DNA of 59,323 bases, taken from contig CASPVX010000003.1 of assembly GCA_949425575.1 (NCBI GenBank), positions 1 through 59,323 of the forward strand, read 5' to 3'. Source of the DNA: an uncultured Bacilli bacterium. Its GTDB lineage: Bacteria; Bacillota_I; Bacilli_A; RF39; UBA660. Shown here piece after piece: positions 51,315-59,323 of the stretch; the stretch's first letter is position 1; the number at the start of each line of letters is the position of its first letter. The position numbers and the translations under genes are program-made. The notes under the pieces were generated by a model that saw only the letters and a list, made by a program, of their open reading frames with translations, was not told the origin of the DNA and did not search any database.

Positions 51315-52289
51315 ATGAAAAATAGAAGAAATATACTAATGATAATGTTCGCAGTAGTAGTAATAATGGGAATAGGTTTTGCAGCTTATAGCCAGCAGCT
51401 TAAAATAAGTGATACTTCGAGCATTGATTCAAACTGGGATGTTTATATTAAAAAAGCAGTAGCAGGTACTAAAAGCGAAGGAGCAACAGGAAGTGCAGTG
51501 GTAGAACCAACAACAAAGTTACATGCAGATTTAAAAACAGATTTAAAATATCCAGGAGCTTATATTATTTATACAATTACAGTAGCAAATGATGGGAATA
51601 TTGATGCAGTATTAGAAAAAATAGATTTAAAACCCGAAAAAGAAGGTACTGTAATTAAATATAGTTATATATTAAAAGATGGAACAGAAACTACTGATAA
51701 TGAATTAATGAGGCAAGAGCTTGAAGAATTAAATGTTGGGGATATTAAGGAGTTTTCAATTAAAGTCAGTTATGATAGTACAATGACAGGAACAGCAACA
51801 GATTATCAAAAATCAAATAGTTTTAAACTTGAACTTACTTATGTACAAAAAGGAACTAGCGGGGGAATTGTAGAACCTATTAATAATGTAGTATATAGTC
51901 TTAATACAGAAAATATAAAAATTGGTGATAGTATTGATAGTATTTCTACAACTGTAGATAAGTCAACACTTGGAAAAAATTATTATCTAAAATATGAAAT
52001 AGACTCTGAAAATAAAGTGTTAGCAGCATATTTATGTTTTGTTACAGATTCAGACCAATGTATGCAAGCTGGAACTAATAATTATCAAAATAATATCGCA
52101 CTTTTAAAACAACAAAAAAGTTGGTTTACAAATAATGGTGGTAATTGTACAGGCGATGATTTAGATTATAGTTGTACAGGGGCAGGTTTTAATAGAGTGG
52201 CAGCAAATGATCGTGGCAATGCTTATGTTAATGAAACAGCTACTAGTTATTGTAGTACAAGCGCTTTTGGTTCATCATGTACAAATTAA
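51315..52289 (+). CDS. Secreted/surface protein: TasA/camelysin-like N-domain plus Cys-rich C-domain
   Basis: Anchor ending GFAAYSQQLKI. LKYPGAYIIYTITVANDGNIDAVL. FKLELTYVQKG hinge as in the paralogues. C-domain with 8 Cys. Confidence 0.65.
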   Translation: MKNRRNILMIMFAVVVIMGIGFAAYSQQLKISDTSSIDSNWDVYIKKAVAGTKSEGATGSAVVEPTTKLHADLKTDLKYPGAYIIYTITVANDGNIDAVLEKIDLKPEKEGTVIKYSYILKDGTETTDNELMRQELEELNVGDIKEFSIKVSYDSTMTGTATDYQKSNSFKLELTYVQKGTSGGIVEPINNVVYSLNTENIKIGDSIDSISTTVDKSTLGKNYYLKYEIDSENKVLAAYLCFVTDSDQCMQAGTNNYQNNIALLKQQKSWFTNNGGNCTGDDLDYSCTGAGFNRVAANDRGNAYVNETATSYCSTSAFGSSCTN

Positions 52290-52302
52290 ATATTATTTAA
52301 AT

Positions 52303-52327
52303 AAAAGTGTTTAAATACACTTTTTTT
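52303..52327 (+). terminator. Intrinsic terminator
   Basis: Stem AAAAGTGT/ACACTTTT, 6-nt loop, T-run. Confidence 0.75.
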
Positions 52328-52352
52328 GATATAATGAAAAAGAGGTGTAATT

Positions 52353-53561
52353 ATGAAACAAGTTGTAGTAATTGGTGGGGGAGCTTCTGGAATAATAGCT
52401 GCTATATTTGCGGCTATGAATGGTAATAAAGTAAAAATATTAGAAAGAAATTCAAGTCCACTAAAGAAATTATTAATAACTGGTAATGGTAAATGCAATT
52501 ATTTTAATAATGATATGGAATTAAAATATTTTAATTCATCTAATTTAGAATGTTTAAATGAAATAATTAATGAAAAAAATGTAAAAGAAATACTTTCATT
52601 TTTTGATACTATTGGAATTGTTCCAAAAATAAAAGACGGATATTATTATCCTTTTTCTGGAATTTCTGCAAGTATAAAAGAAGCACTTTTAATAGAAGCA
52701 AAACTAAATGATATAGAAATAGTAAATGATTTTTTAGTAGAAGAAATTATAAAGGAAGGAAAATTTATAATTAATCCAAATAAAGAAAAAATAAAAGCAG
52801 ATAGTATTGTTATTGCTTGTGGTGGGGTAGCATGTCCTAAAACAGGATCTGATGGAATTGGATTTGATTTAGCCAGTAAATTTAATCATACAGTGATAAA
52901 ACCACTACCAGCTTTAGTTAAATTAAAAGGCCATGAAAATTATTTTAAAGATTGGGACAAAATAAGAAGTAATGTAAAAATTTCATTGTATGAAGATGGT
53001 CATTTTGTAAAAAAACAGGATGGAGAACTACAATTTACCTCTTCTGGTATAAGTGGAATATGTGCGTTTAATTTAAGTGGTATAATTGCAAGAGGATTAA
53101 ATGATGGTAAAAAAGAAGAAGTAAAAATTAATTTTATACCTTGGAATAAAAAAGACGTATTAGATATGCTAGAAGAAAGAAGTGAAATGGTTACAGGTAG
53201 AACTATTTCAGAATTTTTAGAAGGTTTTATGCACTATAAACTTGTTAAAATAATATTAGACAAATCTAAAATAAATCCATATAAGTATTATGAAGAATTA
53301 AATGGTAAAGAGAAATATGCATTAGGAGAAAATCTAACTAACTTTAATTTAGAAATAACTGAAGTCGGAACACTTGAAGAAGCGCAAGTAAGTTCAGGTG
53401 GCGTTTCTCTTTTAGAAATAAATCCGTTAACAATGGAGTCTATTAAAGAAAATAATTTATTTTTTGTAGGTGAAGTGTTAGATGTTTATGGGGACTGTGG
53501 TGGTTATAATTTAGGTTTTGCTTTTATTTCTGGAATGCTTGCTGGAAAGGCTATTAAATGA
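52353..53561 (+). CDS. HI0933/BaiN-like NAD(P)/FAD-dependent oxidoreductase
   Basis: VVVIGGGASGIIAA, ITGNGKCNYFN, C-terminal GEVLDV.G.CGGYNL. Confidence 0.8.
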   Translation: MKQVVVIGGGASGIIAAIFAAMNGNKVKILERNSSPLKKLLITGNGKCNYFNNDMELKYFNSSNLECLNEIINEKNVKEILSFFDTIGIVPKIKDGYYYPFSGISASIKEALLIEAKLNDIEIVNDFLVEEIIKEGKFIINPNKEKIKADSIVIACGGVACPKTGSDGIGFDLASKFNHTVIKPLPALVKLKGHENYFKDWDKIRSNVKISLYEDGHFVKKQDGELQFTSSGISGICAFNLSGIIARGLNDGKKEEVKINFIPWNKKDVLDMLEERSEMVTGRTISEFLEGFMHYKLVKIILDKSKINPYKYYEELNGKEKYALGENLTNFNLEITEVGTLEEAQVSSGGVSLLEINPLTMESIKENNLFFVGEVLDVYGDCGGYNLGFAFISGMLAGKAIK

Positions 53562-55120
53562 TTAGAGTAAGACAAATAAAAATAAGTATTCAAAGTAACT
53601 CACTTGAAGAACTTAAAAGTAAAATTGCAACTAAATTAAAAATAAAAGCAGAAGATATTAAAAATATAAAAATAAATAAAAAATCTATAGACGCAAGAAA
53701 AAAAGATAATATTATGTTTGTATATGAGTTTGATGTATCTGTTTTAAATGAAGAAAAAATTCTTGCTAGAAATAAATCGAATGATATTTTAAAAACGCCT
53801 AATGAGGAATATATTTTTCCAAAGGGGAATGTTAAAGATGTTGTAATTGTAGGTGCAGGACCAGCAGGTTTGTTTGCTTCTTACATTCTTTCTCAAAATG
53901 GATTTAAACCATTGATAATTGAGCGTGGCGAAAAAGTAGAAGATAGAGAAAAGACTGTAGAAGAATTTTGGAAAACAGGTGTACTTAATGAAAATTCAAA
54001 TGTTCAGTTTGGTGAAGGCGGGGCAGGAACATTTTCAGATGGAAAATTAAATACTTTAGTAAAAGATAAAAACTTTAGAATGAAAAAAGTATTTGAAATT
54101 TTTGTAGAGTGCGGTGCTCCTTCTGAAATAATGTACTTAAATAAACCACATATAGGAACTGATGTACTTAAAAAGGTTATTAAAAATATGCGAGAAAAAA
54201 TTATAAATATGGGAGGTACTTTTAAATATAATACAACCCTTACAGATATAATTATAGAAAATCAAAAACTAAAACAAATCGAAGTTAATAATTCAGAAAT
54301 AATAAATTGTGAAAATCTTGTTTTAGCTATCGGTCATAGTGCGAGAGATACATTTGAAATGTTATATAATAAAAAAATAAATATAAGTGCTAAACCATTT
54401 GCAGTAGGTGTTCGTATCCAGCACCCACAAAAAATGATAGATATGCAGCAATATGGAAATAACTATAAATTACTAGATCCAGCTAGTTATAAATTAACCT
54501 TTACTGCATCTAATAAAAGAGGCGTTTATTCATTTTGTATGTGTCCTGGAGGATACGTTGTAAATGCTTCTTCAGAAGAAGGCTTTTTAGCAGTAAATGG
54601 TATGAGTAATCATGCAAGAGAAAGTGAAAATGCTAATAGTGCACTTGTTGTTACAGTAAGCCCAAATGATTTTGGAGAAAATGCTTTAGATGGAATTAAA
54701 TTTCAAAGGGAGTTAGAAAAACTTGCTTATGAAAAAGGAAATGGTAAAATCCCAGTCCAATTATTAGAAGATTTTAAAAATAATATAGTTAGTAAAAATT
54801 TCAAAGAAGTAAATCCAATTTTCAAGGGAAAGTATGAATTTGCAAATCTAAATGAAATACTTCCTTTATATGTATGTGATTCACTAAAAGAAGCAATAGA
54901 TGAATTTGATAAAAAAATAAAAGGTTATGGTAGAGAGGATGCTATTTTAGCTGGCGTTGAAAGCAGAACATCATCGCCTGTTAGAATTGAAAGAGATGAA
55001 AAATTAGTTTCTAATATAAAGGGAATTTATCCTTGCGGAGAAGGTGCTGGGTATGCTGGTGGCATTACTACTTCTGCAATGGATGGAATAAAAGTAGCTG
55101 AAGAAATTGCTAAGAGTTAA
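53558..55120 (+). CDS. FAD-dependent protein (COG2509-type dehydrogenase)
   Basis: ATGA overlap with the upstream gene. VVIVGAGPAGLFA, FGEGGAGTFSDGKL, CGEGAGYAGGI. Confidence 0.75.
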   Translation: MIRVRQIKISIQSNSLEELKSKIATKLKIKAEDIKNIKINKKSIDARKKDNIMFVYEFDVSVLNEEKILARNKSNDILKTPNEEYIFPKGNVKDVVIVGAGPAGLFASYILSQNGFKPLIIERGEKVEDREKTVEEFWKTGVLNENSNVQFGEGGAGTFSDGKLNTLVKDKNFRMKKVFEIFVECGAPSEIMYLNKPHIGTDVLKKVIKNMREKIINMGGTFKYNTTLTDIIIENQKLKQIEVNNSEIINCENLVLAIGHSARDTFEMLYNKKINISAKPFAVGVRIQHPQKMIDMQQYGNNYKLLDPASYKLTFTASNKRGVYSFCMCPGGYVVNASSEEGFLAVNGMSNHARESENANSALVVTVSPNDFGENALDGIKFQRELEKLAYEKGNGKIPVQLLEDFKNNIVSKNFKEVNPIFKGKYEFANLNEILPLYVCDSLKEAIDEFDKKIKGYGREDAILAGVESRTSSPVRIERDEKLVSNIKGIYPCGEGAGYAGGITTSAMDGIKVAEEIAKS

Positions 55121-55152
55121 CAGTCAAGAAGATATCTTTATATCTTCTTTTA

Positions 55153-55181
55153 TTGACTTTGTATTTTTAACAACTTATAAT
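55153..55181 (+). promoter_or_regulatory. Consensus-like sigma-A promoter TTGACT-17-TATAAT
   Basis: Hexamers at 55153..55158 and 55176..55181, 26 nt upstream of the pilin ATG. Confidence 0.65.
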
Positions 55182-55207
55182 TGTTATAGAATAACAGGAG
55201 GGTAAAT

Positions 55208-56269
55208 ATGAAAAAGGGTTTTACTTTAATTGAATTATTAGGTGTTATTGTTATTTTAGGTGTACTTAGTGTATTAATTGTACCAGTTATTAATAATATT
55301 ATGCTAGAAAGTAGAGAAAAACTTGCTAAGTCACAAGGCGATGCTATTTTAAAAGCTGCTAAAAACTGGGGTCATGCTAATATGTTTATGCTTCCTGATT
55401 GTGATGGGGCTGCAACTTGCGAAGATGATACAATAACTATTACATTAGGTCAAATAATGAATGATGGTTTTTTAGATAACCAACTTATAAAAGATGTAAA
55501 TAAAGATAAAATTTATTCAGAAGCAACTGAAATTGTAATAGGTAAAAAAAATAATCAAAATACATATACATTTGGAGATAATCCTTATGCTGATGATATA
55601 GAAATGCCTGAGGGTGGTCCTACTATTGTTCTTACAGGTTCTTCAACAATTACAGAAGAGGCTAATCGTGATGGAACAGATTTATATTTAGATCCAGGTG
55701 TAACTGTTAAAAATGCTGCAGGGCAAAATATTAGTTATAAAATAGAAGTTGTAAGAACATCAAAAAAAGGTAGTAAAGTTACTGAGAATATTTTGAAAGC
55801 AGATAAGGTCGCAGGAGCTTCTAATTATTCACTTAATTTTAATACGCAGCTTGTTGCTAATTATAAGATTACTTATACAGCAACCTCTGATGGAAAAACT
55901 GCTAAAATGGTAAGAAATATTCAAGTAAAAGATACAACACCTCCAACTATTAGTTTCGTTAATAATATTGAAGTGGCTAAGTCATTTGCTAATCAATATA
56001 ATACACTTAACACGCTTAAAGGCAATATTGTTTATTTACCTTCAAATATTTCTTCAAATGAGGTTAATACTCAAAGAAGTGTACATTTAAGACAAATTTC
56101 AAAAGTAGTTATTTTTGATAATAGTTGTGGCCCTGGTGAATATAAAAATCTTAAAATTACATCTAATGTTGAACCAAATCTAGGTTCATACACAATTACT
56201 TATGAAATATCAGATAAATATGGTAATAAAAATAAGAAAGTGAGAAATGTTAGAATCATAAATGATTAA
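55208..56269 (+). CDS. Type IV pilin-like protein (prepilin N-terminal cleavage/methylation motif) with Ig-like C-terminal modules
   Basis: MKKGFTLIELLGVIVILGVLSVLIVPV (G/FTLIE class III signal). Later DTTPPTISF-type Ig-like module boundary. Confidence 0.8.
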   Translation: MKKGFTLIELLGVIVILGVLSVLIVPVINNIMLESREKLAKSQGDAILKAAKNWGHANMFMLPDCDGAATCEDDTITITLGQIMNDGFLDNQLIKDVNKDKIYSEATEIVIGKKNNQNTYTFGDNPYADDIEMPEGGPTIVLTGSSTITEEANRDGTDLYLDPGVTVKNAAGQNISYKIEVVRTSKKGSKVTENILKADKVAGASNYSLNFNTQLVANYKITYTATSDGKTAKMVRNIQVKDTTPPTISFVNNIEVAKSFANQYNTLNTLKGNIVYLPSNISSNEVNTQRSVHLRQISKVVIFDNSCGPGEYKNLKITSNVEPNLGSYTITYEISDKYGNKNKKVRNVRIIND

Positions 56270-56290
56270 GGAGATTATTCTCCTTTTTAT
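56268..56290 (+). terminator. Intrinsic terminator overlapping the stop
   Basis: Stem AAGGAGA/TCTCCTT, loop TTAT, T-run. Confidence 0.7.
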
Positions 56291-56316
56291 TTTTATAAAA
56301 GTATGCTAAAATTTAA

Positions 56317-57051
56317 ATGGTGATGGCTGTGATTTATACATCTATAAATAATTCAAAAATTAAGGATTTAAAAAAGTTACAAAATAAAAAATATAGAGAT
56401 GAAACTAATATGTTTTTAGTTGAAACTAGGCATTTAGTAAAAGAAGCTTATGATAGTGGTTATTTAGAAGAACTATTAGTTTTAGAAGATTCAGATTTTT
56501 CTTTAGATATTGAAACAAATTATATAAATGAAAGCGTTTTAAAATATTTATCAAATCTTCCTAGTCCTAGTGAAGTAATTGGAATATGCAGAAAAAAGAA
56601 TGAAGAATTAAAAGGTAATAAGATTTTGATTTTAGATGATATTCAAGATCCTGGTAATTTAGGAACAATAATTAGAAGTTCAGCGGCTTTTGATGTAGAT
56701 ACAATTGTCCTTAGTAAAGGATGCGCTGATGTATATAGTGACAAGGTAATTAGAGCTAGCCAGGGTATGCTTTTTAAAGTAAATATAATTAGAGATGATA
56801 TAGAAAAAATTATTTCTAAATTAAAAAGTGAAGACTATAAAATATTTGGTACAAAAGTAGATGGCGGAAAAGATGTAAAAAGTGTTTCAAAATCTGAAAA
56901 ATTTGCTATAATAATGGGCAATGAGGGAAACGGCGTTTCTAAAGAAATATTAGATATGTGTGATGAATATCTCTATATTCCAATGAATAATGAATGTGAG
57001 AGTTTGAATGTTGGAGTTGCAACAAGTATAATTTTATATGAATTAAGGTGA
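56317..57051 (+). CDS. TrmH/SpoU-family RNA 2'-O-methyltransferase
   Basis: IQDPGNLGTIIRSSAAF, IMGNEGNGVS, ESLNVGVATSI. Start uncertain (56317, 56323 or GTG 56329). Confidence 0.8.
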   Translation: MVMAVIYTSINNSKIKDLKKLQNKKYRDETNMFLVETRHLVKEAYDSGYLEELLVLEDSDFSLDIETNYINESVLKYLSNLPSPSEVIGICRKKNEELKGNKILILDDIQDPGNLGTIIRSSAAFDVDTIVLSKGCADVYSDKVIRASQGMLFKVNIIRDDIEKIISKLKSEDYKIFGTKVDGGKDVKSVSKSEKFAIIMGNEGNGVSKEILDMCDEYLYIPMNNECESLNVGVATSIILYELR

Positions 57052-57055
57052 TAAT

Positions 57056-57529
57056 ATGATTTATATTGGTGATTTAGTAAATACTCATGGTATAAAGGGC
57101 GAGGTAAGAATAATATCTGATTTTAAATATAAAGATATTATTTTTAAAAAAGGTAATTATTTATATATTGGTAATGATAAATTAGAAATTAATTCATATA
57201 GAAAACATAAAAATTATGATATGGTAACATTTACTAATATAAATGATATTAATGATGTGTTAAAATATAAGGGAAAAAGTGTTTATATAAACGAAGAAGA
57301 ATATGTTTTTCCAGGAATACTTCCAGAAAAATTGATAGGTTATGAAGTTTATTCAGATAAAAAATTAGGTGTAGTTAAAGAAATTTTAATAACACCAGCG
57401 CATGAAATATTGGTTGTAGAAAATGAAAGAGGAACATTTCAAGTTCCGTATGTAGATGCATTTATTAGGGAAATAAAAGATAAAAAAATTTATATTAATT
57501 TAATAGAGGGACTTTTAAATGAAGATTGA
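57056..57529 (+). CDS. rimM: 16S rRNA processing protein RimM
   Basis: [19 protein letters not shown]-barrel C-domain. Position upstream of trmD. Confidence 0.85.
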   Translation: MIYIGDLVNTHGIKGEVRIISDFKYKDIIFKKGNYLYIGNDKLEINSYRKHKNYDMVTFTNINDINDVLKYKGKSVYINEEEYVFPGILPEKLIGYEVYSDKKLGVVKEILITPAHEILVVENERGTFQVPYVDAFIREIKDKKIYINLIEGLLNED

Positions 57530-58196
57530 TATTTTAACTATTTTCCCAGAAATGTTTAAACCATTTATTTCTGAATCAATTGTTGGAAGAGCAGTAAAAG
57601 AAAATTTAGTAGAGATAAATATTCATAACATAAGAGATTATTCTAAGGATCCTCATAAAAAAGTTGACGATTATGGTTACGGCGGAGGTAAAGGAATGGT
57701 ATTAATGCCACAGCCTATATTTGACGCTGTAGATGATTTGAAAACAGATGATTCTATTGTTATTTTAATGACTCCACAAGGAGAAAAATATAGTCAAAAA
57801 AAAGCATATGATTTAAAAGATAAAAAACATTTAATTTTAATTTGTGGTCATTATGAGGGATTTGATGAGAGAATTAGAACTCTTGCTGACGCAGAGCTTA
57901 GTATTGGAGATTATGTTTTAACTGGTGGGGAGCTTGCAAGTATGGTAATTACTGACAGTATAGTAAGGCTTATTCCAGGAGTTATAAAAGAAGAATCTCA
58001 TTTAAATGAATCATTTAATGATGGCCTTTTAGATTATCCAGTTTATACAAAACCAGTTAGTTTTAGAGGAATGGATGTTCCAGAAGTTTTGCTTTCAGGA
58101 CATCATGCAAATATTGATAAATATAGATATGAAGAAAGTTTAAAAAGGACAAAGGCACGAAGACCAGATTTATTAGAAGGTGAAAACTATGAGTAA
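57519..58196 (+). CDS. trmD: tRNA (guanine37-N1)-methyltransferase
   Basis: [49 protein letters not shown]. Confidence 0.93.
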   Translation: MKIDILTIFPEMFKPFISESIVGRAVKENLVEINIHNIRDYSKDPHKKVDDYGYGGGKGMVLMPQPIFDAVDDLKTDDSIVILMTPQGEKYSQKKAYDLKDKKHLILICGHYEGFDERIRTLADAELSIGDYVLTGGELASMVITDSIVRLIPGVIKEESHLNESFNDGLLDYPVYTKPVSFRGMDVPEVLLSGHHANIDKYRYEESLKRTKARRPDLLEGENYE

Positions 58197-58617
58197 ATAC
58201 GAATGTATTCGAGATTTTGTTTGCAATAAAATAAAAATAGATGTTTGGAAAGTTGAATATGGTTTTAAGGTAAAACCACTTAATAAAATTCCATATCCAG
58301 GAATGAAAATAAGCAGAATGACTATTCTTCAGCCAGAATTTGCTAAAAGGGTTATTGATAAAAAGATAAAAAGAAAAATAGATTTATATTTATCTTTTTT
58401 AGCATCTCTTGAAGACGATGATAGTGATAACACTGAGGCTTCATTTGTTTTAGATGATTTGCTTAAATTTAAAGAAATGTTACTTATCAGATATTCTAAG
58501 TATTTGTCAAAAAGTGAGCTCGCTAAAATTTTAAAAGAAGTTTCATTTATTGAAAGTAAGCTTAAAATAAAAGCTTATACTTATAATGAACAAATAGGTT
58601 TTGGTAAAAGTCGTTAG
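58189..58617 (+). CDS. Hypothetical protein, sitting where rplS usually follows trmD
   Basis: The ATG at 58189 overlaps the trmD 3' end. No recognisable motif. Confidence 0.45.
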   Translation: MSKYECIRDFVCNKIKIDVWKVEYGFKVKPLNKIPYPGMKISRMTILQPEFAKRVIDKKIKRKIDLYLSFLASLEDDDSDNTEASFVLDDLLKFKEMLLIRYSKYLSKSELAKILKEVSFIESKLKIKAYTYNEQIGFGKSR

Positions 58618-58635
58618 TAAAGGATTGTGATTATC

Positions 58636-59323
58636 ATGGGAAATTATCAATTAACTAAGAAAATTAAGGAATGTATAAAAAGTAAAGGTGATGCCCAAGC
58701 AATAGAAACATATGAACAATATATTTTAGATGAAAAAGATGCAAAACTTTCTTATTTTTTTGCAGCAAACATTAAAGGTGCGAATATTAGAGCTCATGAA
58801 AAAATAGTTATTGATAGTAAAGATGTCGATTATATTTATAATTTTGCACGTAATGTAGAAGGAGCAGATATAAAGGCCTTAGCAAATGCAATAATAGAGA
58901 CCAAAAATGTTCAGAAAATTTATGAATTCGCGCGTGATATAAAAGGAGCAGATATAAAAGCCTTAGCAAATGCAATAATAGAGACAAGGAATGCTTATTG
59001 GATTTATTTTTTTGCGCGTGATGTAAAAGGAGCAGATATAAAAGCCTTAACAGATGGAATAATAAAGACAAAAGATGCCAAGAAGATTTATAATTTTGCA
59101 CATAATGTAGAAGGAGCAGACATAAAAGCCTTAACAGATGGAATAATAGAGACAAAAGATGCTTGTTGGATTTATTTTTTTGCACGTGATATAGAAGAAG
59201 CGAATATAAATGCTTTAGAAAAAGTATTTATAGAGACAAGGAATGCTTATTGGATTTATGAATTTGCGCGCGATATAGAAGGAGCAGATATAAGAGCCTT
59301 AACAGATGCAATAATAGAAACAC
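58636..59323 (+). CDS. Tandem 28-aa helical-repeat protein, 3' end beyond the window. Absent from the ORF track
   Basis: ATG at 58636, no stop in frame to 59323. At least 7 units of ..IY.FAR(D/N)(V/I).GADIKAL..(A/G)IIET(K/R)(N/D)A.. Confidence 0.7.
   Translation, partial: MGNYQLTKKIKECIKSKGDAQAIETYEQYILDEKDAKLSYFFAANIKGANIRAHEKIVIDSKDVDYIYNFARNVEGADIKALANAIIETKNVQKIYEFARDIKGADIKALANAIIETRNAYWIYFFARDVKGADIKALTDGIIKTKDAKKIYNFAHNVEGADIKALTDGIIETKDACWIYFFARDIEEANINALEKVFIETRNAYWIYEFARDIEGADIRALTDAIIET
58780..59323 (+). repeat. 84-nt in-frame tandem repeat array (at least 6 copies, continuing off the window)
   Basis: gcagatataaaRgccttaRcaRatgSaataata core recurs at 58864, 58948, 59032, 59116, (59200 diverged), 59284, exactly 84 nt apart. 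Confidence 0.9.

Noticed and set aside
58808-59185. 125-aa minus-strand ORF from the ORF track (MQKNKSNKHLLSLLFHLLRLL...).
   Set aside because: It is the antisense shadow of the 84-nt repeat gene. It has periodic Leu/His low complexity, no RBS, and its periodicity simply mirrors the + strand repeats, which have a proper ATG and protein-like amphipathic pattern.
58780-59323. Regularly spaced repeats that could be mistaken for a CRISPR array.
   Set aside because: The units are contiguous with no unique spacers. The period of 84 nt is a multiple of 3 and in frame with a long ORF. The repeats diverge at synonymous or conservative positions. No cas genes are present.

Overview
Very AT-rich chromosomal segment using the standard genetic code (TGA is a stop, e.g. 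at the end of mraY). The host looks like a low-GC, endospore-forming Firmicute: SpoVS, SpoVD, a YtaF-like protein, YjcZ-like peptides and a collagen-like BclA-type protein are all present. I did not compute GC content and cannot name the species. I support about 65 protein genes, mostly on the + strand, one tRNA-Gly(UCC), and many intrinsic terminators. No rRNA, CRISPR array, transposase or integrase was seen. Housekeeping content includes cls, a fused MacB-type ABC transporter, uvsE, a nucleoside hydrolase, the LemA/DUF2207 pair, corA, an alcohol dehydrogenase, a dGTPase-like HD protein, spoVS, sufU/sufB, ssb, rpoZ, recX, prsA, two FAD proteins and a TrmH-like gene followed by rimM and trmD. 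The division/cell-wall (dcw) cluster runs mraZ-rsmH-ftsL-pbp2B ... spoVD-mraY-ftsW and is split by about 9.7 kb of accessory DNA (37.5-47.2 kb). The most interesting content lies in that insertion. (1) A compact module that looks like a type I toxin-antitoxin locus: a 26-codon hydrophobic ORF, a convergent antisense RNA unit, and a 32-nt inverted repeat able to pair the mRNA 5' and 3' ends. (2) A sortase B with an unusual ~270-aa cytoplasmic N-terminal extension, divergent from an NPKTG substrate that carries Cys-bracketed repeats. (3) A tightly packed six-gene operon combining a Gre/Rnk-like factor, a Tmk-like kinase, a BpsA-type aminopropyltransferase, AdoMet decarboxylase, a CYTH enzyme and a SAM methyltransferase. 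I do not know a described pathway for that combination. Other points worth a second look: a dGTPase-like gene next to a putative 5-hmdU-DNA-kinase/aGPT-pyrophosphorylase-like gene; a divergent XRE pair with a DUF2779 Cas4-like nuclease/exonuclease; an XRE regulator whose canonical start is thrown out of frame at an A7 run; a promoter-leader-terminator unit directly in front of a glutamine amidotransferase gene; a dispersed TasA-like surface-protein family; an orphan type IV pilin; and an unannotated gene with 84-nt tandem repeats running off the 3' end of the window. All family assignments come from motif recognition by eye and need HMM or BLAST confirmation.
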